Source: Amoebidium appalachense
Lineage: Eukaryota; Protista; Ichthyosporea
NCBI GenBank assembly: GCA_963693365.1
Contig: CAVNZM010000011.1
Location: 4,410,639 to 4,474,638 of the forward strand
Reading direction: 5' to 3'
DNA length: 64,000 nucleotides
In this document: piece by piece, positions 52,083 to 64,000 of the stretch
How the letters are laid out: each line of letters starts with the position of its first letter
Numbering within the stretch: the stretch's first letter is position 1
Notes under the pieces: model-generated
Seen by the model: the letters and a program-made list of their open reading frames with translations, nothing else
Database searches by the model: none
Told to the model about the DNA's origin: nothing
Translations under genes and position numbers: made by a program

Positions 52083-52464
52083 ATATCCAAGGAAAAACAT
52101 TCCATTCACCTACGCAAATACGCACAAATGAGTTTTAACACGATGAACTTCAATAAGCACCTAATAAATTCCCCACAACATACACAGTAAAACCCGGTAC
52201 GGGAGCCAGTGATGTTTGTCTTGCCGTCCACAGCTCATGATCACAACTCAACCGGTCAGCACTCAAGAGGCCTACCTGTGATGATAAACACCGTACGGTA
52301 TCAGCCCCTCCCTCCCTCCCCCCCCCCCCCCAAAAAAAAAATAAATAAATAAATAAATAAATAAATAAAATAAAAAAATAAAAAATAAATAAAAAACAAC
52401 ACCTCCTGAAATCACAGTCTAATAGGTAGAAACGTGTGAGAACTCGGGCTCTTCTCTCTCTCTC

Positions 52465-52503
<39 letters not shown>

Positions 52504-53015
52504 CCCCCCCCCCCCCCCCCCCCCCCTCCCCCCCCCCTTCCCCCCCCTTTCTCTTCCTCATGTGACTGTGTGTGTGTTTCTGTTTCGAAAAGACCGGGGA
52601 AAGGGTGGGAGGAGGGAGGGGGGGGGGGGGGGGGGGGGGGACATTATTGTGGCCCAGTTCGCCCCATTCACAGTGACTGCTTGTGTATGTCCAACCATAT
52701 GCTCATCATGTGAAAAATGAACCTATTGGGTCTTGGTGTGCAGACGCAAGGGAGCAGGTGCAAAAAGTAGAAACAGGGGCAGAAAATTGAATGTGTAAAA
52801 TTGCTACGGGAGGTGCAGGGGTGGGATGCTGTGGAGGTGTGGCAGGCCCCGACGAGGACCGGGGGGAGTGGGGGGCCGGGGGTGGTGGTGGTGGTGGGGG
52901 GGGGGGGGGGGGGGGGGAGGGGAGGAAGGGGGGGGTGGGGGGGGGGGGGGGGGGGAAGGCAAGCAACAAAGCCAATTGGGTACCCCTAACCCCCCCCCCC
53001 CCCCCCCCTCCCTCA

Positions 53016-53104
<89 letters not shown>

Positions 53105-53723
53105 ACACAGACACACACACACACAGACACACACAGACACACACAGACACACACACACCGTTTCCCCGAACATGGCAAGAACAAGAAGAAGTAAAGAAAA
53201 GAAAAAAGAGAACAAGAGCCCACCCTTTCCTTTCTAACCCTGCAGATAACGTTATCAACTGACATTGATCAATAATTCACATCAGCCCCCCACAAAACAC
53301 ACAGGCCCACGGCATCGCTCAGGTATGAGCCTCGTACAGCCATGCAACGGCAAACCGAAAAATGTATTCATCTAAACACGCCGATCACTAAGGGGCAAAA
53401 AAAAGGGGGGGAAAAAAAAAAAAAGCAGGGAAACAACAAAACAAGCGCAGAGAGTGACACAGACCCACCCAAGGGACACCATCCCATACCACCGCTTATT
53501 AAACATACCTCACTTCGGACCAACAGGCGCCCCCCCCACCTATGCCAATCTCGGAATCCGCTTGCGAAGTCGCCCTGCCCGCTGCACGTCTGTAGTAGGT
53601 GTGGGTACAGCAGTGGTGGTGGCTGGAGTGGTCTTGCCTGACTGCTGAAAAAATAGTTGAGGTTCATTAGAAATCGGCTAGGAGAGGCGGACAAAAGGGA
53701 TTACATTTTAACAACCTTGCCGG

Positions 53724-53759
<36 letters not shown>

Positions 53760-54351
53760 TCCCCCCCCCACACACACACACGCACACACACGCACACACA
53801 AAGAAAAGAGAACAACAAAAACAGACAAACAAACAAACAAACACTTACAAACAAGCAAAAAAAACAATTACTTTCTCCCTGCCTCCTGTGCACCGCTTTC
53901 CTACACTTTGTAACGACAGGAAGGGAATTGCACAGGGTAGAGGCAGGCGGCGGGGTGTGGTAGCAGCAGGGGGTAGATATGTGGTTGATTTGATAAGCAA
54001 TCCTTGTGTGCGTGCGTGCGTGCGTGCGTGCGTGTGTGGGTGCGTGAATGTGTGTGTGTGCGTGTGCGTGTGCGTGTGCGCGTGCGCGTGCGTGTGTGTG
54101 TGTGTGTGTGTGTGCGTGTGTGTGTGTGTTGTGTGTGTGTGTGTGTGTGCAAAGGTGGGGAGTGGGCAAGTACCGGTGATAAGGGGAGCTACTTGCTGAT
54201 TGGCGCCTTCCGAAGTGTCGCACGCAGATAATCCCCGTGTATATGTCCAAGTTCCTCTTTATGTTTGTGTGATTGCACAAAACAAGCAAACTTTGACGTT
54301 CTCTTTTTATTTTCAGCTTCCGAAGCCAGATTTTTGTGATATGCCCTTCTC

Positions 54352-54395
<44 letters not shown>

Positions 54396-54587
54396 GGCGG
54401 GGATGATAGCAATATGCCTATGCTGTTAATGGGTTTATCAAAAGGTGCCGTAACTGCGGTGAGGTTGAACGGGGCACGGGGGAGGAGGGGTGGAGAAAGC
54501 CGTGGAAGGAGGGCGGGAGGCGGGGGGGCGGGGGAGGGGGGGGGGGGAGAGAGAGGGGGGGGGGGAGGGGGGGGAGGGGTTCTTGCC

Positions 54588-55446
54588 TTCCCGAGATAGG
54601 CCGGTTGGGAGGGGATGGTTGGCTTTTCGGAACCATCGGTGCAAATTGTTGCTGGTTGGGGGATGTGAGATGATGTTGATGTGTTGACGGGGTTTGATGC
54701 GTTGTTTTGAGTTGAAAGACACACAGAGGTGGTGGATGGATTTTGCCACTGAGGCTGGGCGCAAGGGAAAAACTGTGGAAAGAAATGTGATGGGGTGCTG
54801 TGTGGCGTAACGGGAAAGAGTGGATTTCCAAACATCATGTTAGAAGGTGGAGGAAGTGGGCGGGTTGAGAAGGGAAATTGGGAAGGGAGTGGTTGGTGTG
54901 GATGTTGGGTGGGTTGCGTGCTTGCAGGCGGAAAGGAGATGGCGCTGAGATCGGGCCCAAGGGGGGGTTTGAACACAGTGGTGGTGGCTGAAATATAAAC
55001 GGGGTTGGTGGTGGGGGTCCAAATTCACTGGAATATCGATTGGCGGTGTTGTTCTCAGGGGCGTATGGGCAGTAGTGGTTGCTACCGTCGTGGTTTTGGT
55101 GTGCGAATGTTTGGTGTGGTGAGTATGGGTATTGGTTTCCGTTCGAGGTTTGGGTCATGCTTCCCTCGCATGGCCCGTACGTGTTTGTGTTTTGGTTTGG
55201 ATTGATACGGGATATATTTGGCGAGAATGGTTGCTTGACGCCGATCGGTTCCGGTTGGAAAACGAATCCGGGTGGGCGTTCGGGTTGGAAAACGAATTGG
55301 GGGGGGGGGGGTGGGTGTTCGGGTTGGAAAACGAATTGGGTTGGGTGTTCAGGTTGTGGCGGTTTGGAGTTGGAGAACTGAAGTAACGGGGTTGACCACC
55401 GGTGAGGGAATTGTTGGGGAAATTGGCTGAGTGTTTGTTGTTGCAA
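54588..55446 (-). CDS. Pro/Gln-rich low-complexity exon with a 3x FVFQPE repeat and one apparent 1-nt frameshift; possibly an upstream exon of TRIM-B or of a separate gene
   Basis: Branch TTAAC plus CTACAG acceptor at 55447. ORFs 54835-55446 and 53708-54976 join if one base is added to the G7 run at 54961-54967. Candidate AAG|GCAAGA donor near 54588. No recognisable domain. Confidence 0.45.
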
Positions 55447-55969
55447 CTGTAGTTTTGGTTGATGGGTGGGGTGTTAAGCAATCGGTGGCTTGCGTTGCGG
55501 TTGTTGTGGTTGGTAGCTTGGGGAGGGTAAGGGAGAAGCCCATCGCCGGGGCCTGTGGCTGTGGCAAACTGTGGTGTGTCTGTGCATATTGAAATTGTTC
55601 AGTTTGTATAGTATATTATGTTGCGTATAGTATGTTGTGTTTGCCTAATACAGTATAGTATTTATAGTATGTTTAAGTTTGTGTAAAGTATTACAGTTTG
55701 TATAGAAGGTTATATGTGGTATTCAAAAGAAATATAGTTTGTATCGTGTGTAAAAAGAAGTATGAAAAATAAGTTTGGACAAGAGGCTTAAAAAAGAAAG
55801 CGGGAGATTGCTGGTCTAGAATGGGGTACCGTGGTAATAAGGATACAGCTACTTCGAACATGCATGCACACCAATGCACCGATGGATACAAGGGGAAAAA
55901 AAGGCAGACAAGGAAGAGTGGCCTAAAATGAGGGATGGTGCCGAGCTATGCGGAGGAAGAGGGCGGGGG

Positions 55970-56015
<46 letters not shown>

Positions 56016-56117
56016 ATGAATGCCGGAAGCACAACAACAACCGTTAAAAAAAAAAAAAAAGACCTGAGAGATTTAAAGAGGAAAATAATATCAAAACCAA
56101 CACCCGACTTTTTAATA

Positions 56118-56165
<48 letters not shown>

Positions 56166-56179
56166 AAGAAAAGTAATCC

Positions 56180-56369
56180 GAGAACAAAGTGCTGAGAGAC
56201 ATTTCAAAGACCATAATAGGCAAGAAGAAGGAACGTAAGTAGCAAGAAGAAAAAACACACAAAAAATAAGATAAGAACAAAGCGCCGGAGACATTTCAAA
56301 GCACACAAGAAGCAAACAAGCCAATTCAAGGGCAACATACCACCAAGGATACCTGGACACCATGGCATG

Positions 56370-56413
<44 letters not shown>

Positions 56414-56660
56414 AAAAGTAACACAAGAACAAAGCGCCGAGAGACATTTCTAAGAACATAACAAGCAAACAAGCCAATTTAGGTGAACGCACCACCAAGA
56501 ATACCATCCTGCACATGCATGGAAAAAAAAAAAAAAGAAAAAAAAAAAGAAGAGCGGAAAAATAACACAAGAACAAAGAGCCGAGAGACATTCAAAAAAC
56601 AATAGAAGCAACAAGCCAATTTAAAGGGCAACGTACCACCAAGAATGCCATCCTGTACAG
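56180..56660 (+). repeat. Degenerate tandem repeat, 3-4 copies, with poly-A spacers
   Basis: AAGAACAAAG.GCCG(A)GAGACATT...ACAAGCCAATT...ACCACCAAG recurs. Confidence 0.85.
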
Positions 56661-56699
56661 GCATAGCCTGCTGGTACCCAATCTTCCCCCATGCACCCG

Positions 56700-56799
56700 G
56701 TGAGTACTGCTGTTGTGTCTGGTCCAGTGGGCGATCTTGGTTTTCTGCTGCATAAGCAAAAGGGAGAGGAGAAATGGAGAGGTGTTGTGTGTGTGTGCG

Positions 56800-56892
<93 letters not shown>

Positions 56893-57060
56893 GTGTGTGT
56901 GTGTGTGTGTGGCAGTGTGGGGGGGGGGGGGGGGGGAGTGGGGGGAGGAGGAGGAGGGGGAGGGGGGGGGGGGGGGGGGGGCGGCATGTGTGCCCTTTGA
57001 GTACTGCTGTTGTGTTGGGTCCAGTGGGGGATCTTGGTTTTCTGCTGCATAGGCAAAGGG
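56700..57060 (+). repeat. Two-copy ~60-bp direct repeat separated by (GT)n and poly-G
   Basis: TGAGTACTGCTGTTGTGT..GGTCCAGTGGG.GATCTTGGTTTTCTGCTGCATA.GCAAA at about 56701 and 56998. Confidence 0.85.
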
Positions 57061-57196
57061 CGGGGAGGGTTGGGGAGGCGTTGTGTGTGTGGAGGGGGGG
57101 GGGGGGGGTGGGGGGTGGGGGGGGGAGGGGAGGGGGGGGGGGGGGGGGGGAGGGGGGGGGCTGCATGTGCGCCCGTCTGTGTGCGTTCATGTGCAG

Positions 57197-57228
<32 letters not shown>

Positions 57229-57835
57229 ACGTGTGTGTGCAAGCACATGTGCACAGGTGTGCGCACAAGAGAGATCAGGGAGCGGAGGAGGGCGACCAGA
57301 CGGGGGGAGGGGGGGGGGGGGGGGTAAGTGCCTTTGTTGGATATGCACACTATAAATATGAAAGGCGGAAGCCTAGAAACATATCTTCAACCTCGCCTGA
57401 AGGCTCAATCTTCAAGGCTCTCTTGACTGCGCCCCCCCCCCCCCCCCCCCCCCTCCCCCGGCCAGTTACACCGTGTCCTAAAGCACAACCACCACCACCA
57501 TCACCATCTTCTGTGATAAAGTAAATATAGGCTCAGGATACGCAGAAAATCAAACGATCCATTAGCGCATCGCAACAGATACTGTGCTTAGGGACTGTCA
57601 AAAAAAAAAAAAGAAAGCCCACGTTCCTCGTTGCTCGTCTCGACTGCAAAACACAATGAACTGGCTGTGTCGGATAAAAATAAAACTGCAGAAAAGGAAC
57701 ACAAATGTGCCATCCTTACTACATGGGGTTATTAAAAACACACCCGCAGGAAATGGACACCGAAAAAAACCATGTGTGTTGAGGTAGTGTGATAAAAGTC
57801 TTCTTCTCCTGTTTGCGGAAGCCGAGAAAACTTAC

Positions 57836-57969
57836 CCCAGAAGTGGCCTTGTAACGGTGGTGTACTCATGTTGTGGGTGTTGCATTTGTGGCCTATTCCC
57901 GGGGCCCTCCTGAAATATGGGCGGGGTGTCGTGTCCTCCTGTGCAAGTCTGGGAAAGAGCGGGGTGGCT
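57836..57969 (-). CDS. Candidate internal exon of an unresolved minus-strand gene
   Basis: TTTTGTTTAG acceptor, perfect G|GTAAGT donor, open frame (SHPALSQTCTGGHDTPPIFQEGPGNRPQMQHPQHEY...). No homology recognised. Confidence 0.35.
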
Positions 57970-58031
57970 CTAAACAAAACCAGAAGGGTTGAGAAAGGAA
58001 GTTTGGTGGCCTTCTTCTGTTTTTTTTTTTT

Positions 58032-58062
<31 letters not shown>

Positions 58063-59681
58063 GGGGGAGAGGGGGGGGGAGGGGGGCTGGTGTGTGCATG
58101 TGTTAACAAGTGTTAACAAGGTTGTGAGTGTGCGTGTGCATGTGAGTGTGAGTGAAAGAGTGTGAGCGGGGGCGCGCGTGTGCGTGTTGACGTTTGCGAA
58201 CATGTGCACGCATCATATGTTCATGCACGTGTGCGTATCGGACTGACATGTCGATGTTTGGTTTGTTGGTGGTTATTTCTGGAAGTGCTTGCGCCTGTCT
58301 CCATATATGTGATATTGATGTACACAGAGGTCTTTTCGTGTAGACAGAGGCAAAGGGGGCTCAAAAATGGACCCGTGCATAGAGGAAACCAGGCACCAAG
58401 GGGTAGGGGTTAGGGACGGGGGGGGGGGGGGGGGGGGGTATTCAGAACAGGGCTCATGAAGTCTGCCATGACCAACGATTTACAAGGAGTTGGCTGAGAT
58501 GCGCTTGTGTGTGTGCGCGCCAACGGCACAATGTGTGTGCGAAAACTTGTAATTATGTGTCCAACGCTTGCGTGTGTGTCTGTATGGGAAGGGCCGGGAC
58601 CGTGCCCCCCCTCCCCCCCCCCCCCCCCCCCCCCCCTCCCCCCCTCCCCCCCCCCCCCCCCCCCCTCTCCTCCCCCTCCCCCCCACCCCCCCCCCCCCGA
58701 GCCCCCCCTCCCTCCGGGGGGCGGGGGGGGGGGGGAGGGGGAGAAAGGGGGGGGGGGGAGGGGGGGGGGGGGGAGGGGAAGGGAAGGGGGATGGTGCATG
58801 GGCACGTGTATTGAGGCTGTTAAGAGAGCTTAGAGAATTGCCAAACAGAATATGAGGAAAATAAATCAGCCAATTTAACTGAAACGGGCTAAGAAAGTGT
58901 GAATACCACAAGCAGTTGTAACACCGTACGGGAGGACCGGAGGGGGCTGGAGCTTTGGGGCCGGGGGTTTTATTGCTTGTTTAGTGGTGGTGGTGGTTGA
59001 GAGGGGTGGGTAGGGGGGTAGGTAGAGGGAAGAAAGGGAAGGGAGGGCGGGGGGGGGGGGGGGGGGAGGGGGGGGGGAGGGGGGGAGAGAGGGGGGGGGG
59101 GGGGGGGATGCATCAGGTGCATCGGCATCGGTAAAAGAGAATGGCAAGCACCATGCTCTGAAAATAAGGACGTATCTAAATTATGGCATAGGTGCTGCGG
59201 GAGACCTACCCTCTTTGTATCTCCATGAGTGATGTGTACCCTGCTGGAAAGGATGTCCCACCCATCCTTGTGTTAGGCAGCCCCCAAATTGGGGAGGAGC
59301 TCCGTTGCCTTGCCACATTGAAAAAGAGGCAAATGGCATGAAGATCAATCACGTGCCTGTCCTTTTCATAAGAGATTTAGAAGGGCAAAGAGGGATGAGG
59401 GAGCCTAGGCTGAGGTCACACAAGATCTTGAATGCTTGGATCGGCTTATTCCTCGCAGTGGAAGTTATCATCAAACCCACACAGTACCCTGAAAGATCTG
59501 AGCTAACTAACAGCTCTGAACGAGAAGCCCAATTCTCACTTGGACAATAGCGCAACCATGTATCACTTTTTTCCTGGCCTGTACATATCATACGTGTGTC
59601 TGAAAGTGTCGCTAACACCGCCTCTTCGCAACGAAAGTTTTCGTGAAGTTTCGAGGTTTTGTGTTTTTCCGATATCAAAAA

Positions 59682-59709
59682 GCGCGGGAAAAATACGCGC
59701 TGTGATTGG
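59682..59709. promoter_or_regulatory. E2F-type site GCGCGGGAAA plus adjacent CCAAT box, about 160 bp upstream of NAT9
   Basis: Reverse complement TTTCCCGCGC fits TTTSSCGC; GATTGG at 59704-59709. Motif match only. Confidence 0.4.
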
Positions 59710-59856
59710 TAAAAAGTCAGGGATTGCCGGACAGTGTGTGCTTGTTGGGGGCAGGCAGAGGAGAAACTATTTTGTACTGTTTCGGTGCGAGGCCTCGCCT
59801 TCGAAAGCATAGCGTGGCATGTATGCAAGGAATACTCATAGTGCTAAAGAATCAAC

Positions 59857-60669
59857 ATGAAGATAAACGAACGCACCATAATTGTACGTATCCCTATTAG
59901 AATCGACCGCCATCCTCTTTGGCTTACATGCTTTTCTCGTTTTCCTTGTGCACAGTAGGGTCTGCCTTCTTTGTTGCCAAGATGGGAAGTTATGGGGTTT
60001 CGACGGATACGGGTGTTTCTGGATAGAGCGTTTTCCGGCAGGGGAAAAAACGAGTTGCGGAGATTTTTCGGGTGGCTGGCTGGCTGGATTATGCTGTTGT
60101 CCGTGGTAGATGGAGTGAGGTAAGAGGTTATGTACACAGTAAGGGGTAGGCCAGAGAGGATTGGGTAAGCCGGTGGGAGGGATCGGCCCCGTCTGGTGGG
60201 TGGGGATTCTAACGTTGCTGGAGAGAGATAACTTTTCGGGAGGTATCGAAATGGCCTTATTTGTTGTAATAACTCTTTACAGTCTTTTCCTTCACGTGCA
60301 AGTCCTCAACAGACTCAGAGGCTGCTCTCAGCCTTAAAAAGTACACTACCTTGGGGCCTCATCTCTCTCTCTTTTTCTCACTTGTGCGCTTCTTTTCGGA
60401 GGGTATGTGCAGAGGAAACCGGAGGCACAGTGGTGGTCATGGTAGGTATGGAGATGAAGTGGTAGGGACCCTCAATTAGGGGGTCAGGCCAACGTTGCTG
60501 GTCTAAGTCTGACCTGTGCACGTTTTGTGTGCAGGTGGGCCAGAACGTGGTGCTGGTGCCCTACCTCAAGGAGCACGTGCCCAGGTATCATGAATGGATG
60601 CAGTCGGAGTTTCTGCAAGGTGGGTGGCAGACGTTCTAAACTTGTGGTTTACATAAACCCCTTTCAAAG

Positions 60670-60734
<65 letters not shown>

Positions 60735-61186
60735 GCACATACACACACACACACTAAAGCGGAATTAGAAAAAGAAAGCAAGAAGGCTACATGTACATAT
60801 GCACGCACGCACATACATAAAGGCGAGCGCGCACACACACGGAGAGGGAGAGACACGCGCACGCACACACAGGCGCGCGCGCGCGCGCTTATGTACAAAT
60901 ACACACCACTATAGCAGCAAGTGGACACCCTTAGTCTGGCAAAACAGTCCCTCATCCACCACCTATTGTTTCTGCTTGTGCTACAGTGAACTGTTTTTTT
61001 TATCGACTTGCTGGCCGTTTCTACCTTATCAGCTATCAAACTGATGCAGGCTTTCTCTCACCTGCCCCCCCCTCCCTTGCTCTCCTTCTCCTTCCTCTCA
61101 ATCCTTTCTTTTCCCCCCACTCCTCTTTCTGCCCCGCTCTTCCCTCTCCCTCTCTGACTCTCCCCCCCCCTCCCCCCCCCCCATCT

Positions 61187-61224
<38 letters not shown>

Positions 61225-63278
61225 CCCCCCCCCCCCCCCCCCTTCTGTCCCTCCCTCCCTCTTCCCCCCACCCCCTCCTCCCCCTCTTTTTTCATAAGGT
61301 AATTCGGTAGTATCTCGTTCTGGTTGTCTTTGTAGTTAAGCTTGTAGTGATAAGTGGTCACCATATAAGTTCCACACCTCCTTTTTTTTTTCTTTTTTTT
61401 TTTTTTTTTCCCCATAACTCTCTGTTATCTTTAGCCTACTGACCAGCATGCACACAGAGACAACTGCCTCTGAGCCACTAAGCATCGATGAGGAATATGC
61501 CATGCAGAAGAGCTGGAGGGATGACGAAGACAGTGTGTATCCTTCCCCCCCTCCCCCCCCCCCCCCCCCCCCCCCCCCTGAAACAGCATCTGAGTTGGGT
61601 TTCGTTAACGAGGGGAATAGGTCGAAACTCGGGTACTGTGGATGACGTGGGGCCCCCCTGAGGATGGGCTCTGCTTATTATGCATACTCTTTATGTATGG
61701 CTTGCATTCTGCATCGTGTTATCCGTTTGTTCTTGTGTACTTCGTACTTTTTGACGCATTCAAACCCCCCCCCCCCCCCAAAAAAAAAAAAAAAAAAAAA
61801 AAAGAAAAAAACAACAACTTCCGATCTGTCTTTTGGTTGCATCTTTTTTGTTTTTTTGCTGTATGTTCTAGGTTGCGCCGTTTTGCTCTTTAGTCTTGTT
61901 GATATGGTGTTGGGGAGAAGGCGACGGCCAGGCGGTGGGGGAGGGATGGGTTGGGGGGGGGGGGTGGAGGGGGGATCTTCTGTGTTAAGTGCCAGTGCCA
62001 GGGGGTTTGTTGGATGAGAGAAAGCTGAGTATGTATGTTTTTTGATTCTGCAATGGTAGTTAGGTTTTACCCTAGTAGTGGTGAATAGCATGCATTGCTA
62101 CTTGGAGTTGGAGGATGGGGGGGGGGGGGGGAGGTGTAGGGTGGTGTAAAGGGATAGGTCAAAGTGGGTGTGGAGGGTAAGAAAGCTTTGTTTCTTGTGA
62201 GAGCAGTATCTGTGTGTGTGTGTGTGTGTGTGCGTGCGTGTGCGCGTGTGTGTGCGTGTGTGTGCATTTTCGTGCTGGTGGTTGTGTGTGTGTGTGTGTG
62301 TGTGTGTGTGGGAAGGGGGGGGGGGGGGGGGGGGGGAGTTACGTACGTTTGGCAACATTTGTGTGTTAGGTGTGACGGAAGCATGAAATCGTTTCAAGAA
62401 AGTGTTGCTCAATGGGTGGTTTGTTGAGGCAGCGTGAAACTGTGTGTGTGCATGTCGCTGGGTCAGGGTTGTGGGTGTTGTTGGGGAATAGACTGTACAG
62501 GAGGGGTAAGGTGATGTGGGAAGGAGGGCAATATATGTAAAACCACTCGTATGCAGCCCACATGCATTCTCTTGCGCCCCCCCCCCCCCCCCCCCCCCCC
62601 CCATCTAACCCTTTGAAGCCCCCCCCCCCCCCCCCCCCCCCCCCCCCCACAAAAAAAAAAAAAAAAAAAAAAAAGGAACAGACGATAAATGTCTTTCCCT
62701 TTGCACTGGCATCACACCAATTGATGTTTGACGGGGCGCAGAATGCACATTCATTGTCCTTGATCGGCAGCAATACGATGCAACCAACAGCCTTGTGGGT
62801 ATGTGGCTGTCAATGACCTTTATGCAGGGCAGGAGCAATGTTTTTGCTTCTTTTAGTTGTTAATGAGAGCATATTGGGTTAAAGCTGTCGTAGGAAAAAG
62901 GTGGTGGTTGGTTTGTTGGGGGAAAGGCGAGCCCACTGCTTTGATGTGCTGTTGAGATAGCGGTAAGTGGGATGTTGTCTTAGGCATGCCATGATAGGTA
63001 ATGGTTGAAGGGAGGCAATCATATAGCTGAAAGAAGGTGGGTGGAAAAGGGGTTCCCGAAACTTTAACGTGTGCGAGAGGGAAACATATCGTGATGTCAT
63101 TATGGATGGGGGAAATCAAATGGGTTTGAATGGGAGCCATAGACATGCTACGGATCATCTCCAATGGTCGCCTTTGAGGGTAACCGATTATACATGATAA
63201 GATTGGTGAACAAGTGCTATAGCCGAGTTTGGGGGACTTTCCCACTATGTCTTTATAACCCCCCCCCCCCCCTTTTTT

Positions 63279-63310
<32 letters not shown>

Positions 63311-63627
63311 GCATGGCAAGCAGGGGGAAAAGGAAGGAGATGGACAGGGGGTGGGAAGGGGAAGCAGGGAGGGACTAGCTCAACGGAACAATGTTGTTTT
63401 TCAGGACAGTCACAACTATTGCCTTTTGTCGACACTTCAAGACAATGCACTTTAGTCCTTACAGCTTTTCCCCGAAAATCTCCTCCCCCATATATCCAGG
63501 AATAAGTTGCCTATTCCATGTTTTCATTGCTGTTTCTTCACCGCAGAGCCCATGGTCGGGGATGTGAATCTTTTCTTCAACGACCATGACGACCGCACGG
63601 CTGCAGAGATAGAGATCATGATAGCAG
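59857..63627 (+). CDS. NAT9: N-acetyltransferase 9 (GNAT family), 3'-partial. Exons 59857-59883, 60535-60619, 61458-61532, 62742-62798, 63547-63627
   Basis: GT-AG exons join in frame: MKINERTIIVGQNVVLVPYLKEHVPRYHEWMQSEFLQETTASEPLSIDEEYAMQKSWRDDEDKCTFIVLDRQQYDATNSLVEPMVGDVNLFFNDHDDRTAAEIEIMIA. Matches NAT9 motifs VLVPY..HV..YHEWM, TASEPL...EY.MQ.SW, KCTFIVL, MVGDVNLF, EIE.MIAE. Confidence 0.95.
61588..61768 (-). repeat. Dispersed short repeat family, copy 5 (inverted, in NAT9 intron 3)
   Basis: GGTCGAAACTCGGGTACTGTGG...CCCCCCTGAGGATGGGCTCTGCTTATTATGCATACTCTTTATG is the reverse complement of copy 1. Confidence 0.85.
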
Positions 63628-63639
63628 GTACATGCTCCC

Positions 63640-63688
<49 letters not shown>

Positions 63689-64000
63689 AAAAAAAAAAAT
63701 AATAAAAAAACCCCTTCCCACTCGCCCTGCATGCCCTCCCACCCTACTCCGCCCGCCTTCTCTACCTTTTTTGTCTTCGTGTTCCCATGGTTCCTGATCC
63801 GATCACCCCTCTCCTTTTGTGGTTTTTGTCCTCTTATCGCAATTTTGTGCACTTGTGTTTTTCTGCTTGCCATTTTATTACGTGCAAGCCCCCACCTCTT
63901 CTACCCCTCTTACTCATCTACATGTGCGCGCACATACGAGCGGTACACAAGTACATACACACACACTCGCATACACATTTTTCTTACCACCTCTAAGACT

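Noticed and set aside
59338-59550. MKINH... ORF as NAT9 exon 1
   Set aside because: MKINERTII|GTACGT at 59857 fits the NAT9 N-terminus better and has a phase-0 donor matching exon 2.
61619-61672. Hammerhead-like words CGAAAC and CTGAGGA in the dispersed repeat
   Set aside because: Stems I and II cannot be formed in the required registers.

Overview
Eukaryotic nuclear DNA: spliceosomal GT-AG introns with CTRAY-type branch points, standard genetic code, probably a protist (lineage not determined). The non-coding space is saturated with poly-G/poly-C runs and (GT)n, (GA)n and (CG/CA)n microsatellites, so nearly all listed ORFs are artefacts. Splicing by hand gives five real loci. (1) A 7-exon CASTOR/GATS-like ACT-domain arginine-sensor homolog (minus, 7183->529, continuing off the left edge). 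(2) A RING-B-box-coiled-coil (TRIM-like) gene (plus, 10150-13552) whose RING has lost two ligands of zinc site II. (3) An intronless 1741-aa secreted protein (27560-32785) with 39 tandem 6-Cys EGF-like repeats plus one calcium-binding EGF, capped at both ends by homologous globular domains resembling an uncharacterised, mostly prokaryotic family. (4) A much larger, frame-interrupted TRIM-like paralog (minus, about 49.5 kb, perhaps 58 kb, down to about 40 kb) with the same intron phases as (2). (5) NAT9 (plus, 59857 to off the right edge). Also present: a non-autonomous hAT-type transposon with a perfect 8-bp TSD (7494-9413) in the CASTOR/TRIM divergent promoter, a five-copy dispersed ~150-190 bp repeat whose internal G6 has expanded into poly-G, and several local tandem or segmental duplications. 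All family assignments come from motif recognition only; no database search was run.
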